Positions 1-9,974 are shown, numbered from the stretch's first letter. The stretch is 64,000 bases of DNA from Hyphomicrobium sp. (GCA_002928735.1 PERL01000017.1:1882-65881), one strand, 5' to 3'. The notes: generated by a model not told the origin, from the sequence alone. A program made the numbers and translations.

Positions 1-492
1 TCGCTCGCCAAATACATCAAGGAAACCGACGACTACGGCCGCATCCTCGTCAAAGCGCTGTCCGACCGCTTCGCCGAAGCCTTTGCCGAACGCATGCACG
101 AACGCGTCCGCAAGGAACTGTGGGGCTACGCCAAGTCGGAGAAATTCACCCCCGACGAATTGATCCTCGAAAAATACCACGGCATCCGCCCCGCCCCCGG
201 CTATCCCGCCCAGCCCGATCACACCGAAAAGGCCACGCTCTGGACGCTGATGGACGTGCCGCGCAACGCCGGCATCAAGCTCACCGAGAGCTACGCCATG
301 TGGCCGGGCGCGTCCGTCTCCGGCCTCTACTTCGCCCACCCCGAAAGCCACTACTTCGGTGTCGGCAAGGTAGAACGCGACCAGGTCGAGGACTATGCCG
401 CCCGCAAAAAGTGGACCGTGGAAGAATGCGAGCGCTGGCTCGCCCCTGTCCTCAACTACGATCCCACGGCGGCCCGCGCGAAAGTGGCGTAG
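1..492 (+). CDS. metH: Cobalamin-dependent methionine synthase, C-terminal reactivation (AdoMet-binding) domain; the 5' part lies upstream of the window
   Basis: Frame 1 is open from base 1 to the stop at 490-492. The translation (..[52 protein letters not shown]..) matches the conserved MetH C-terminus. Confidence 0.9.
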   Translation, partial: SLAKYIKETDDYGRILVKALSDRFAEAFAERMHERVRKELWGYAKSEKFTPDELILEKYHGIRPAPGYPAQPDHTEKATLWTLMDVPRNAGIKLTESYAMWPGASVSGLYFAHPESHYFGVGKVERDQVEDYAARKKWTVEECERWLAPVLNYDPTAARAKVA

Positions 493-643
493 CCGTCTCT
501 TCTCCGGCGACGAAAAGCGGTTTCTTCAGGCGACGGGCAGGCACCATTGTTTGCCCGTCACAAACCCCGTGCTAGCGTCCTCCCGGGAACGCGGATGACT
601 CGGGGCTTCGGCGCCGTCCGCGCGTGCAACACGGGGGAACCAC

Positions 644-988
644 ATGCTGGGACGATTGGTGCTGCTGCTCATGCAGATTGCGGGCGGCTACTTTCTTGGA
701 AACATCGCGATGGGCTACATCCCAATCCGCGGTGATCTCTCGCTTTTCGTCTACGCCGTCGTCGTCTGCGTCATCATCTTCTTGATCGGCGTCGTCGCAT
801 CCCAGATCGTCAAAGACGTAAGCATACCCTCGACGCATGTACTGACGTCGTCCCTCATTCTCGCGCTCATCTTCGCTCTAGTCTGGACGTTCGTGCCACC
901 ACTCGTGCCCGACATTCCCTGGAGCAAGGTGCCCGATCGCTGGGCCGTCCTCATCGGCGCCGTTCTGGGATACTTTGCCAAGCGTTGA
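644..988 (+). CDS. Small integral membrane protein (about 4 TM helices), function unknown
   Basis: 114-aa ORF with strongly hydrophobic helical segments, followed 30 nt later by an intrinsic terminator. Confidence 0.55.
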   Translation: MLGRLVLLLMQIAGGYFLGNIAMGYIPIRGDLSLFVYAVVVCVIIFLIGVVASQIVKDVSIPSTHVLTSSLILALIFALVWTFVPPLVPDIPWSKVPDRWAVLIGAVLGYFAKR

Positions 989-1018
989 TCGCACTCAAAG
1001 CGGCTGATTAAATAAAAA

Positions 1019-1050
1019 GCGCGGGAAGAGGGCTTCCCGCGCTTTTCTTT
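1019..1050 (+). terminator. Rho-independent terminator
   Basis: gcgcgggaag-aggg-cttcccgcgc (10-bp stem) followed by ttttcttt. An A-run precedes it, so it could act bidirectionally. Confidence 0.65.
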
Positions 1051-1090
1051 GGGCGTCGTCATGCTTGCGGCTGTGCGCGTTGATCGCGCG

Positions 1091-1174
1091 TCAGACGTAG
1101 CCCAAGCAGATGGCCGCGATAAACGCAAACGACGTGCAAGCCGCCAGGATATTGAGCTGTGTCGCGATGCCCAT
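1091..1174 (-). CDS. Candidate 27-aa hydrophobic micro-protein (MGIATQLNILAACTSFAFIAAICLGYV)
   Basis: ATG with GGGAGG 4 nt upstream and one predicted TM helix. It is below the ORF-track length cut-off and is unverified. Confidence 0.3.
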   Translation of the reverse strand: MGIATQLNILAACTSFAFIAAICLGYV

Positions 1175-1593
1175 AGTGCCTCCCTAGACGTTGGCCGTTA
1201 GATCAGAACGTGCGGTTCAATCCGCTTGTTCCAAAACCACCGCTTCTTTTTCTTCTTCAGACGGCGAGGTCTGTCTTTCGGGAAGTTAATGATCCAATTC
1301 CCCGGCACGCAACTGAAAACGTTTTTGCACTGCACCGTGCTGGTGCATCGGCCCATCCGCGAAACTGCGTAGGATCAAAACGGAAGCGCAAAGCCGTCCC
1401 GTGTGGGTGACAGCCGGACGTCGCGCGCCGAACCGGCCGAAAGACTGCCATTCGAGGCCATTGGCAGCCCGCAACTCAGACGCAATCGAAGTCGGCAACC
1501 TCCCCCGGCCGCGTCGCGTCAGCGCGGCGAGCGTCCCCTTCGCAGTGCCGCAACGAATTTTCGTGATGAGGGGACTGAAACCAACCGCGCGCG

Positions 1594-2136
1594 CTAAAGC
1601 CGCCGCCGGAGGAGCACTTCCGCCGTTCCCGGCGCCACCAGGTCGGCGATCTCGCCCGTCCGCTCAAACCCGTTCGCCGCATAAAATCGCAGCGCATCCT
1701 CGTTGAATGTGGACGCCAATACCCAGACGTTCTTCTCGCCATGCCGCTTGGCTTCTTGCGCCAGCCAACCAAGGAACATCTGGCCGAGCTTGCGCTTCTG
1801 GTATTGCGGCAGAATACCGAGAAACTGCACGTAGGGCCCGCGCAGCCAATTCAACCGCACGCCTGCCGCACCGGCCACCTCGTTGCCAGCCATGATCGCG
1901 TAACGCGGCGCGCTCTTCTCCAGCGTGCCGAAATACGCCGTCAGCGCATCCGCCGGATAGCCAAGCCGCGCCCATGGATCGATCGCTGCAAAGAGCGGCC
2001 CGAGTTTTTGCGGCTCGCCCGGCGGCAGGGGACGCAATGTCAACGCGCCCGTCCCATCTCCGAAAAAGTCGGTCTCGTAGCGTTCAACGGGCAGGGGCGA
2101 TTGACTCATCCGTCTTCTCCGCAGGCTTATGCTCAA
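1594..2136 (-). CDS. GNAT family N-acetyltransferase
   Basis: 180-aa ORF with an acetyl-CoA-binding core (..QKRKLGQMFLGWLAQEAKRHG.., ..ALRFYAANGFERTGE..). An alternative ATG at 2109 would shorten the overlap with the upstream gene. Confidence 0.85.
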   Translation of the reverse strand: MSISLRRRRMSQSPLPVERYETDFFGDGTGALTLRPLPPGEPQKLGPLFAAIDPWARLGYPADALTAYFGTLEKSAPRYAIMAGNEVAGAAGVRLNWLRGPYVQFLGILPQYQKRKLGQMFLGWLAQEAKRHGEKNVWVLASTFNEDALRFYAANGFERTGEIADLVAPGTAEVLLRRRL

Positions 2137-3115
2137 CTTGGGCCGGACGCGGCTTGAAGAACGTGTCGTACTTGTCCGTGTCTCCCGGCCGCGTGTCGTA
2201 GCACGTGGCGGAGATTTCTGGCGTTCCTTGGGCGAGAAGCTCCGAGACGGTGACGAAATCGTATCCCTTCGCCTTCATCTGCGGAATGGCGATCGCCAGC
2301 GCCTCCGCGGTGTTGAACCCGCGGCCGTTGCTGTGCCCGATGATGATGGCGCCGGGCTTGGCGCGCAGCATGGCGTCGGCAATTGCCTGCGCCGACTGCG
2401 CCGGCACGGGATCCCCCGTCGACAAATCCCATTGAATGGCCAGCAATCCCGCGTCATTCACCGCATCGAGCGCGGCTTGGTTGCACGCCCCGAACGGAAA
2501 GCGAAACAGCCCCATGCGCGGCGGGATCGATGCAAAGCTGGCATCGCCTTTCACGCACGCCCGCGCACCGAGCGCTGCGCGTTGCACTTCATAAGAGCGC
2601 TGCGGGCCCTCGATTTCCTCGATCAGAGCATTGCCGGTGAGAAGCCGGAGATTGCGGTGCGCTTCGGCGTGATTGGCCATCTCAAAGAGCGGGTCGGCCA
2701 TCAACTGTTGCGTCCGCTCGGCATGCGAGCGCATCCACTTGCCGCCGGAAAAGAAGGTGGCCCTGATCCCATTCGAGCGCAGATAATCGACCAGCGCCGC
2801 ATCGTATCCCGTCACTTGCCCCGGCGTTTCGCACATGTCGAACGTGAGCGCGACGAGCTTCTTGCCCGGCGGCAGCTTCACCCGGCGGATAGCCCCGCGC
2901 CACTCTTTTGGAACGGGCGCAAACGGCGCCAACGTCATCGCGGGCAGGGGCGCATCGAACGTGCGAATCCCTTTGCTGATTTTTTTCTCATCCAGCGTTC
3001 CCGACAACAGTGCGGGCGACCAGCAGCGATCCCGCAATTGGGAACGGTCCGACGCCTGTGCCGAACCGGCGAGCAATGCAATGACTAGAAAGCTAACGCC
3101 CGGAGCGAACCTCAC
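2084..3115 (-). CDS. Secreted polysaccharide deacetylase (NodB homology domain)
   Basis: Motifs ..LVALTFDMCE.., ..ANHAEAHRNL.. and ..IIIGHSNG.. are present. I place the start at GTG 3115, giving signal peptide VRFAPGVSFLVIALLAGSAQA. The upstream gene's stop codon is at 3117-3119, so one base (3116) separates the two genes. The track ORF runs on to 3184. Confidence 0.85.
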   Translation of the reverse strand: MRFAPGVSFLVIALLAGSAQASDRSQLRDRCWSPALLSGTLDEKKISKGIRTFDAPLPAMTLAPFAPVPKEWRGAIRRVKLPPGKKLVALTFDMCETPGQVTGYDAALVDYLRSNGIRATFFSGGKWMRSHAERTQQLMADPLFEMANHAEAHRNLRLLTGNALIEEIEGPQRSYEVQRAALGARACVKGDASFASIPPRMGLFRFPFGACNQAALDAVNDAGLLAIQWDLSTGDPVPAQSAQAIADAMLRAKPGAIIIGHSNGRGFNTAEALAIAIPQMKAKGYDFVTVSELLAQGTPEISATCYDTRPGDTDKYDTFFKPRPAQVEHKPAEKTDESIAPAR

Positions 3116-3116
3116 G

Positions 3117-3911
3117 TCACTGCCCCTTGAACTGCGGCTTGCGCTTCTCGGCAAATGCCTTTCGCCCTTCCGCATAATCCGCACTGTCGAAGCAGGCCTT
3201 CACGAGCGCTTCCAGTCGCTCGATGTCTGCCGTCTCCGGCTTCAATGTGAATTCGTCGATGGCAGCCTTCGCCGCGCGGATCGTCAACGGCGCATTGCCG
3301 GCAATCGTCTCGGCGAGCGTGCGCATTTCGCCCTCGAGCACCCCGGAAGGATACACGCGATTGATGAGGCCCATTGCCAGTGCCTCGCTGGCCGTGAACC
3401 GCCGTCCGGTGAACAGCAATTCTTTCACCGCTGCCGCCGGTGCCAGTGTCAGCAGCGTGCGCACCCAACGGGGATGGTAGCCCAAACCCAATTTCGCGGC
3501 CGGGATCGCGAACGTCGCCGCCTCGTTGGCAAGTCTGAGATCGCAACACGCCGCGATGCCAAGCCCACCGCCCAGGCAAAAGCCTTCGATCATCGCGACC
3601 GTCGGCTTGGTTGCCCCCAGCAGCGCTTCGAACGCCGCATGATTGAGTGCATCGTAAGCCTTCGCCGCATCGCCCGTCCGCGCCCTGTCGAATTCGGAAA
3701 TATCGGCTCCGGCCGAGAATGCCTTGCCGCCTGCGCCCTTGAGCACGATCACCCGCACGTTTCGGTCGGCCTCCGCCTCGCCGATAAGGCGCGGGATCGC
3801 AGCCCACATCGACGACGTCAGCGCATTAAGCCGCGCCGGATTATCGACAACGAGCACGGCAAGCCCGCCGTCCCGCTCCAGCCGTAGTTCCGGGGTCTTC
3901 TCATCGGCCAT
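3117..3911 (-). CDS. Enoyl-CoA hydratase/isomerase (crotonase) family protein
   Basis: 264-aa ORF with ..VIVLKGAGGKAFSAGADISEF.. and ..GFCLGGGLGIAACCDLRLA.. crotonase signatures. Confidence 0.9.
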   Translation of the reverse strand: MADEKTPELRLERDGGLAVLVVDNPARLNALTSSMWAAIPRLIGEAEADRNVRVIVLKGAGGKAFSAGADISEFDRARTGDAAKAYDALNHAAFEALLGATKPTVAMIEGFCLGGGLGIAACCDLRLANEAATFAIPAAKLGLGYHPRWVRTLLTLAPAAAVKELLFTGRRFTASEALAMGLINRVYPSGVLEGEMRTLAETIAGNAPLTIRAAKAAIDEFTLKPETADIERLEALVKACFDSADYAEGRKAFAEKRKPQFKGQ

Positions 3912-4193
3912 GGCATATCCTTGTCAGCGCGAGCGGAGGTGATCCGGCATCTATGGCCCAGAACGCAGGCCCGGCAAACGCCGCCACTCGTCGCGAAGTC
4001 CGCACGCGCTTCTAGTACGCCCTGCAACATGAACCGCCGCCCCGGCGCGTTCTCAATTCCCTTCGCTCCGCCGGAGGTTTAGATTGACGCTCACGCGCTC
4101 GGCAGATACCCGGTTCGGCCTGCCCGGGGTCCCATCCGGGCGCCGCACCTCCGGCCGGCCCGGAGGCCCCGAACCGCAAGGACGCAGTTTCCC

Positions 4194-5090
4194 ATGTCCG
4201 TGTCCCGACCAGATAAAGCCGAAGGCGCACCGCCCCGCGGCGGCGTGAAGCCGAAGTCGAAGCCGGCGGCCTCTGGCGCGTCCGGCGATCCCGTCTGGGA
4301 TCAGGTCTTGAACGAGGCCCAGGCGGCCATGGCCGCCGAACCCGCTCTCACGGGCTTCATCTTCGCCACCGTCGTCAACCATTCGCGCCTGGAAGATGCC
4401 ATCGCGCACCGCGTGGCGCAGCGCCTCAACCATTCCGACGTCGATGCGGGTCTCATCCTGCAGACCTTCCAGGACGTGCTCGATAGCCAGCCGAGCCTGT
4501 CGCAATCGATCCGCGCCGATCTGGCAGCCGTGCTCGACCGCGACCCCGCCTGCAACCGCTATCTTGAGCCGCTGCTCTTTTTCAAAGGCTTCCACGCGCT
4601 CGTGACGCATCGCTTTGCCCACGAACTCTGGCGCCAGGGCCGCAAGGACTTCGCGCTCTATCTCCAGAGCCAGTCCTCGAAGATCTTCACGACCGACATC
4701 CATCCCGCTGCCCGCTTTGGACGCGGCATCATGCTCGACCACGCCACCGGCTTCGTCGTCGGAGAAACAGCCGTCGTGGGCGACAACTGCTCGTTCCTGC
4801 ATGCCGTCACGCTGGGCGGCAGCGGTAAGGCCACGGGCGACCGCCATCCCAAGATCGGCGCCGGCGTGCTCATCGGAGCGGGCGCAAAAATCCTCGGCAA
4901 CATCCATGTCGGCAACTGCGCGCTCGTCGCCGCCGGCAGCGTCGTTCTGCAAGATGTGCCGCCCAACATGACGGTGGCCGGCGTGCCGGCCCGCGTCGTG
5001 GGCCGTGTCGGCTGCGCCGAACCCGCCCGCACCATGGATCAGATGCTGGCGCCCGAAAACCTCGGGCCCGACGACTACGGCATGCTGTGA
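4194..5090 (+). CDS. cysE: Serine O-acetyltransferase
   Basis: N-terminal SATase helical domain plus hexapeptide repeats (..DIHPAARFGRGIMLDHATGFVVGETAVVGDNCSFLHAVTLGG..GDRHPKIGAGVLIGAGAKILGNI..). Confidence 0.9.
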   Translation: MSVSRPDKAEGAPPRGGVKPKSKPAASGASGDPVWDQVLNEAQAAMAAEPALTGFIFATVVNHSRLEDAIAHRVAQRLNHSDVDAGLILQTFQDVLDSQPSLSQSIRADLAAVLDRDPACNRYLEPLLFFKGFHALVTHRFAHELWRQGRKDFALYLQSQSSKIFTTDIHPAARFGRGIMLDHATGFVVGETAVVGDNCSFLHAVTLGGSGKATGDRHPKIGAGVLIGAGAKILGNIHVGNCALVAAGSVVLQDVPPNMTVAGVPARVVGRVGCAEPARTMDQMLAPENLGPDDYGML

Positions 5091-5128
5091 GCCTGCCGCC
5101 TATCCTTTGAGACAATCGGAGACGTGCA

Positions 5129-5344
5129 GTGAAGAAAGAAGAAATCGCGAAGGTCGAAGCGTTCCTGCGCAAGACGTTCGGTACCAAGAACCTGACCATT
5201 CGCCCGCGTCCCAAGAAGGACGATAGCGCCGAGGTCTATATCGGCGACGACTTTGTTGCCGTCCTCTTCCGCGAAGACGAAGACGGCGAGGTCTCCTATC
5301 AGTTCCAGATGGCCATCCTCGACGTCGACCTTGAAGAAGCCTGA
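5129..5344 (+). CDS. DUF3126-family small protein
   Basis: 71 aa. ..IRPRPKKDDSAEVYIGDDFVAVLFREDEDGEVSYQFQMAILD.. matches the conserved alphaproteobacterial DUF3126 pattern as I remember it. Confidence 0.75.
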   Translation: MKKEEIAKVEAFLRKTFGTKNLTIRPRPKKDDSAEVYIGDDFVAVLFREDEDGEVSYQFQMAILDVDLEEA

Positions 5345-5371
5345 GCGCGCGAAGAGGGCAGGGGAACGCCG

Positions 5372-5899
5372 ATGATCTACCGTCTGGGCGAAGCTCGCGT
5401 CATCACGCCCGGCGACGGTCGCGCCTGGGTTGCGCCCAACGCCGTCGCATTGGGCAAAGTTGAACTGTGCGATGACGCCAGCGTCTGGTTCGGCGCCGTC
5501 CTGCGCGGCGACAATGAGCTGATCAAGGTCGGCGCCCGCTCCAATGTGCAAGACGGCTGCGTCCTCCACACCGACCCCGGCTTCCCCCTCACCATCGGCG
5601 AGGATTGCACCATCGGCCACATGGTCATGCTGCACGGCTGCACCATCGGCGACGGCAGCCTCATCGGCATCGGCTCCATCGTGCTGAATGGCGCCAAAAT
5701 TGGTGCCGGATCCCTCGTCGGCGCCAACACACTCATCACCGAAGGCAAGGAGTTTCCCCCCCGCTCCATGATCCTTGGCTCGCCCGGCAAGGTCGTGCGC
5801 GAACTCTCTCCCGAAGAGAGCGAGCGCCTCAAAGGCAGCGCCGGCCGCTACGTTGCCAATTGGAAGCGCTACGCCGCTGGCCTAGCCGTTCAATCATAA
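5372..5899 (+). CDS. Gamma-carbonic-anhydrase-like hexapeptide-repeat protein (YrdA/PaaY type)
   Basis: 175 aa with a left-handed beta-helix repeat pattern and ..[25 protein letters not shown]... Confidence 0.85.
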   Translation: MIYRLGEARVITPGDGRAWVAPNAVALGKVELCDDASVWFGAVLRGDNELIKVGARSNVQDGCVLHTDPGFPLTIGEDCTIGHMVMLHGCTIGDGSLIGIGSIVLNGAKIGAGSLVGANTLITEGKEFPPRSMILGSPGKVVRELSPEESERLKGSAGRYVANWKRYAAGLAVQS

Positions 5900-5964
5900 A
5901 TGCAAAGAGCCGGATGCTGACACAGCACCCGGCCCGATAAAATTCAAACGGCGGCTAGCCCGTC

Positions 5965-6606
5965 TCAGTGGCCGTCCTGCACACCGGCAAGCGATGCAGG
6001 TGCGCCTGCGTCCTGCGGATCGAGCGACACCCAGACCTTCGGATCCAGATACGACTGGCGCATCACGAACTGATAGCTCGAGCGCGCCCACAGCCGCACG
6101 TCGTCGCTCTTGTTGTCGAGCACGAAATCGCCCTGGCTCGTCCGTGCCGTCAGCACGGCATGGCCTTCGCCCTTCTCGTCGCGCACCACCGTGAGCAACA
6201 GCGAGCTGGACGGCCATCCGCGCCCGATCAGAATTTTCTGCTTCAGCAGCGCATAATCTTCGCAGTCGCCTTTTTCACCGGGCAGCGTCCAGTATTCACT
6301 GATGCCATAGATCTCCGCATCCGTTGCCGGCTCGACCGAACGGTTCACGATGCGGTTGACTTCGTCGAGATCGCTCAGGCTCTCCGGGGTCGCCTCGAAG
6401 CGTCCACCCGTCCCGCGCTGAACGCAATACTGCGGATTTTGCTCGCAGAACCGCACAAAACCGTAGGGCGGCTGCGACGACCCAAACACGCGCATGAACG
6501 CGGTGCGCTCGAACATGGCGGGCCTGGGCTTGGGCTCGGCCACGGCTTGGGTGGCGAGAGCGGCGCCGAATGCGGCACCAGCGGCGATGACTGCAACGCA
6601 CTTCAT
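5965..6606 (-). CDS. Periplasmic transglutaminase-like cysteine peptidase (BTLCP family)
   Basis: ..GDCEDYALLKQKILIGRGWP..GEGHAVLTARTSQGDFVLDN.. shows the Cys/His/Asp core of BTLCP. The start is set at ATG 6606 (signal peptide MKCVAVIAAGAAFGAALA). The track ORF extends to 6678. Confidence 0.8.
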   Translation of the reverse strand: MKCVAVIAAGAAFGAALATQAVAEPKPRPAMFERTAFMRVFGSSQPPYGFVRFCEQNPQYCVQRGTGGRFEATPESLSDLDEVNRIVNRSVEPATDAEIYGISEYWTLPGEKGDCEDYALLKQKILIGRGWPSSSLLLTVVRDEKGEGHAVLTARTSQGDFVLDNKSDDVRLWARSSYQFVMRQSYLDPKVWVSLDPQDAGAPASLAGVQDGH

Positions 6607-6775
6607 GACACAACCCCGTACTGACTGCGCTACTCTAGCGTAAAATTCTCGTTGTCCCCTGAACGTGAAGCCCGGCATTTGATCAAACTTTTATCTATCT
6701 GCCGCCCAGACTTTCCGCTTTGTCGTCTTGCGTCCCATTCCCCGTCTCGCCCGTTCGGGCCTTATGCTCACGCCG

Positions 6776-7402
6776 TCACGTAAAATGCCGGCGCAACGCC
6801 TCAGGTTCCTGGATGTCGATGAACTGGACGCCGATCCCCTGCTCATGGTGGCGCACGACACGCCCCCTGAGCCGGCCCAGCATCAATTTGGTTCCCACCG
6901 GCGGCCGCTCGGTCATGTTGAGCGAGGCACCGGAAATCGAAACATCGACAACCTGGCAGGCCAGCGTTTCACCGCTGTCGAGCACAACCGATTGGGTTCG
7001 CTCTTCCACCGGAATTCGCTCATGCCGGCGCTGGTCTGCGCCGCTCAAAACGTCGCGATTGATGAGCCAGGTCAATTGCGCGGCAAGCTTTTCACGCTTG
7101 TGCGCGGTCGCCTTGAACTGCATCGCAAAGCCGCCCTCGAACAGGCGGACGACATGGCCTTCGAGCCCGCCAAGATGATCGAAATAGACGACGATCCGTT
7201 CCCCCGCCTCCACTTCGACGGGCGAGTTAATGGCCGCGCCGCCAACGGAGATATCGTTCAATTTGCAGGGATATTCGTGCCGGTTGGCGCGCATGAATCG
7301 CCCGAGCAACGGCAAGGCGACGCGCCGGTGCCGCCGCTGATCCGTCGCCGGATGGGCGCCCAGAACCGCCAGTTCCTTAAGCGTGTGAAGGGCATTCGAC
7401 AT
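6776..7402 (-). CDS. Tandem PilZ-domain protein (putative c-di-GMP receptor)
   Basis: Two copies of the RRxxR ... D(I/V)SxxG(A) PilZ signature (QRRHRRV..LNDISVGGAAI and QRRHERI..VVDVSISGASL). Confidence 0.8.
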   Translation of the reverse strand: MSNALHTLKELAVLGAHPATDQRRHRRVALPLLGRFMRANRHEYPCKLNDISVGGAAINSPVEVEAGERIVVYFDHLGGLEGHVVRLFEGGFAMQFKATAHKREKLAAQLTWLINRDVLSGADQRRHERIPVEERTQSVVLDSGETLACQVVDVSISGASLNMTERPPVGTKLMLGRLRGRVVRHHEQGIGVQFIDIQEPEALRRHFT

Positions 7403-7611
7403 TCACTAAAGCCCGATAGCCAACCTGCGTTGTGTACTGGACCAGAAGCCGATGAAACACGCCGTGCGTGTTCGGATCCGGGCCGTCTCGCGTTGACTAT
7501 GAGGGGCAGGGCCTTAATGAACGCCTAAAGCGCCCCTTAAACTGGGACACAGTTTGCAGCGCGTCGATGGTCTGGGAGGCCCTGCGGGCTTTGAGCGGTC
7601 TAAGACCCCAT

Positions 7612-8283
7612 TTAAGTCTTGGAACCCTGAGTGTCGCCTGCCTCGCTTAATCCGCCCTGGAAGACGCGGAATTGGCGGCGGTTGGAACGCACGATGCGAG
7701 CGTGCCGCACGCGCGGCAGAAAGGGGCTCTGGCGGTCATCGACGGCGCCGGCCCCTAGGAGAGGCTGACCGTCCGGCCAGATGATATGTTCGCTGCGCAA
7801 GTGCAGGGTCTCGAGCGGGTCGTAGTCGAGCCATGCCGGAGCCTCGAGGAGGCTGAGAACACCCAGAAACCGGTCCGCGCATACGGGCCCATGCACCAAG
7901 GGCAGGATGAGGAGTTCCGTCAGAACCGACCGGCCCGACGCCGTTTCTCCGTCGGCGACGACAACGATAACCCCGCCTTGCACCGAGACCGTGTTGAGCC
8001 GCTGGCGCAATGTCGGTCCGCCATCGCCCGACCAGCCATTTAGAAAGTTGTGTCCCCGGAATTCTCTCTTGAAGAGATCGCACAGCCGCGTGCCGGCCAA
8101 TCGGAACGGGAACGTCCCGTCGTCCTTGCGTTCCAAAATGAACGTATCGGGCAGTGCATCGCCGATGCTGGCCGGCTCGATCTCGAACCGGTGCGGCGCC
8201 ATCCGGCAGCCTCGCAGCCCGTTCCAGTACGAATAGATTGCTTGGGTCGTCTTGTGTTTCATTCTGACCATCGAGCGGGCCAC
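7612..8283 (-). CDS. PAS_5 (DUF1457-like) PAS-domain protein
   Basis: ..AIYSYWNGLRGCRMAPHRFEIEPASIGDALPDTFILER..FPFRLAGTRLCDLF.. is the typical N-terminal pattern of this alphaproteobacterial family. The start could be one of two downstream ATGs. Confidence 0.7.
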   Translation of the reverse strand: MARSMVRMKHKTTQAIYSYWNGLRGCRMAPHRFEIEPASIGDALPDTFILERKDDGTFPFRLAGTRLCDLFKREFRGHNFLNGWSGDGGPTLRQRLNTVSVQGGVIVVVADGETASGRSVLTELLILPLVHGPVCADRFLGVLSLLEAPAWLDYDPLETLHLRSEHIIWPDGQPLLGAGAVDDRQSPFLPRVRHARIVRSNRRQFRVFQGGLSEAGDTQGSKT

Positions 8284-8526
8284 GTCCGGTGCAGAACGGG
8301 CTTGTAAAGCGTGCGGGCCGGGGTGCGGCGGCCGGGTTCCAGCGCTTCATCGCAGCTTCCATGCCACCGTTAGGAGTGGCTCAGTCGGTCGCACCCTGTC
8401 GTAAACCGCGCCCAACCGCCGCCGCGGAGCCGATTGAAGGGGGTTGCCGCGAAGCCTCGCTCCCGTCATCGTAACCCCTGTCGTTGAGCCTGCCGGTGGC
8501 GCTACTCGGCGACGAGGAGGGGTCAT

Positions 8527-9345
8527 TTGAGCAACGAACAGGGCGAACGGCACGCACCGGTCGACGGCGGCACGCACGGCGATGACCACGAGGGTGCCGC
8601 GTTTCCCCCCGCGCCCGAGGCACGCGAGCCCATATTCAACATACCCCCGATGGTGATGGCGCTGCTCGCCATCATGCTGGCCGTCATGGCCTACCGGATG
8701 CTGCTGGACGAAGACGCCGACACGGCCTTCGTGCTTCTCATGGCGTTGATACCTGCCCGCCTTAGCGGTTATGCGGCGGAACTGCCCGGCGGCGTCACCG
8801 CCGTCTATACGCAGTTCATCACGCACATGTTCGTCCACGCCGACGCCATGCACCTGGCCTTCAATGGCGCAGGGCTGCTCGCGTTCGCGGGCGCGCTGGA
8901 AAAGCGGATCGGCGCTGTGCGGCTATTTGCGTTTTTCATCGTCTGCGGGCTGGCAGGTGCCGCTGCATTTATTGCGCTCAATCCCGGGCTACTGGCGCCG
9001 ATGATCGGTGCGTCGGGCGCGATTGCCGGATTGATGGGCGGCGTTATGCGCTACTTTTTCAGCGCTATGGATAATCGCGGCGGTTTGCGCCGCCTGAATC
9101 AAGACCCACGTAGTATTCCGCTCAAAGGCCTTTCTGTTGCACTGCAAGACCGCCGCCTTCAGGTGGTGACGGCGTCGTTCATCGCCATGAATCTCGCTGC
9201 AATGGTGGGTTTTGGCGACATCAACGCAAATTCTGCAATCGCGTGGGAAGCGCACGTCGGCGGATATCTCACCGGATTATTGTTATTCGGCCTATTTGAT
9301 ATTGCGCCGCGTCATGAAGATGTCCCCGAATTCCGCGGCGATTGA
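8527..9345 (+). CDS. Rhomboid family intramembrane serine protease
   Basis: Multi-TM ORF with ..FVHADAMHLAFNG.. and the catalytic ..GASGAIAGLMGG.. motifs plus a downstream His (..AWEAHVGGYL..). Confidence 0.8.
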   Translation: MSNEQGERHAPVDGGTHGDDHEGAAFPPAPEAREPIFNIPPMVMALLAIMLAVMAYRMLLDEDADTAFVLLMALIPARLSGYAAELPGGVTAVYTQFITHMFVHADAMHLAFNGAGLLAFAGALEKRIGAVRLFAFFIVCGLAGAAAFIALNPGLLAPMIGASGAIAGLMGGVMRYFFSAMDNRGGLRRLNQDPRSIPLKGLSVALQDRRLQVVTASFIAMNLAAMVGFGDINANSAIAWEAHVGGYLTGLLLFGLFDIAPRHEDVPEFRGD

Positions 9346-9542
9346 CGCTTGAATCATGCGACAACTTGGATCAACATCACTGCTATCGAATGAGAGCGTC
9401 GCATTGGCCAGAAGCAAAAGGATGGCAGCGCCGGAGCATCGGCAGGACTGAGGGACATCCAAGTCCCCGTCACGTGTGATCTCCAGCGTGCCCGCCTGAG
9501 AAGTGTCTGAGTCAGAAAACGGCACCAGTCGGGAGAGACACA

Positions 9543-9974
9543 ATGAATGTTGCGACCATATTGAAGGCGAAGGGCCGCTCCGTTACGACCGCACGGCCCG
9601 ACACGACGTTGCAGGAAGTTGCCACCAAACTTGCCGCTCGCAAAATCGGCGCGGTTGTGGTGGTCGGTGATAACGGCGCCGTCGATGGCATCATTTCCGA
9701 GCGCGACGTCATCCGCGCCATCGCCGAGCGCGGCGTATCCGCTCTTGAGATGCCGGCATCCCGCTTCATGACGCGCGATGTCATCACCTGCTCCGAGACC
9801 AGCCTCGTCGACGAGACCATGGAAATCATGACCACGGGCCGCTTCCGCCACTTACCCGTCGTCGAAGATGGATCGCTGGTCGGTATCATCTCCATCGGCG
9901 ACGTCGTCAAAAACCATGTCGCGACCGTGGAAATGGAAGTCTCTGCCATGCGCGGCTATCTCGCGACGGGCTGA
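9543..9974 (+). CDS. CBS-pair domain protein
   Basis: 143 aa with two CBS repeats (..IGAVVVVGDNGAVDGIISERDVIR.. and ..FRHLPVVEDGSLVGIISIGDVV..). Confidence 0.85.
   Translation: MNVATILKAKGRSVTTARPDTTLQEVATKLAARKIGAVVVVGDNGAVDGIISERDVIRAIAERGVSALEMPASRFMTRDVITCSETSLVDETMEIMTTGRFRHLPVVEDGSLVGIISIGDVVKNHVATVEMEVSAMRGYLATG

Noticed and set aside
1175-1593. Possible riboswitch or sRNA in the 420-nt gap downstream of the GNAT gene
   Set aside because: I looked for SAM-II, cobalamin and other familiar alphaproteobacterial leader motifs and recognised none. Only generic hairpins are present, so nothing supports a call.
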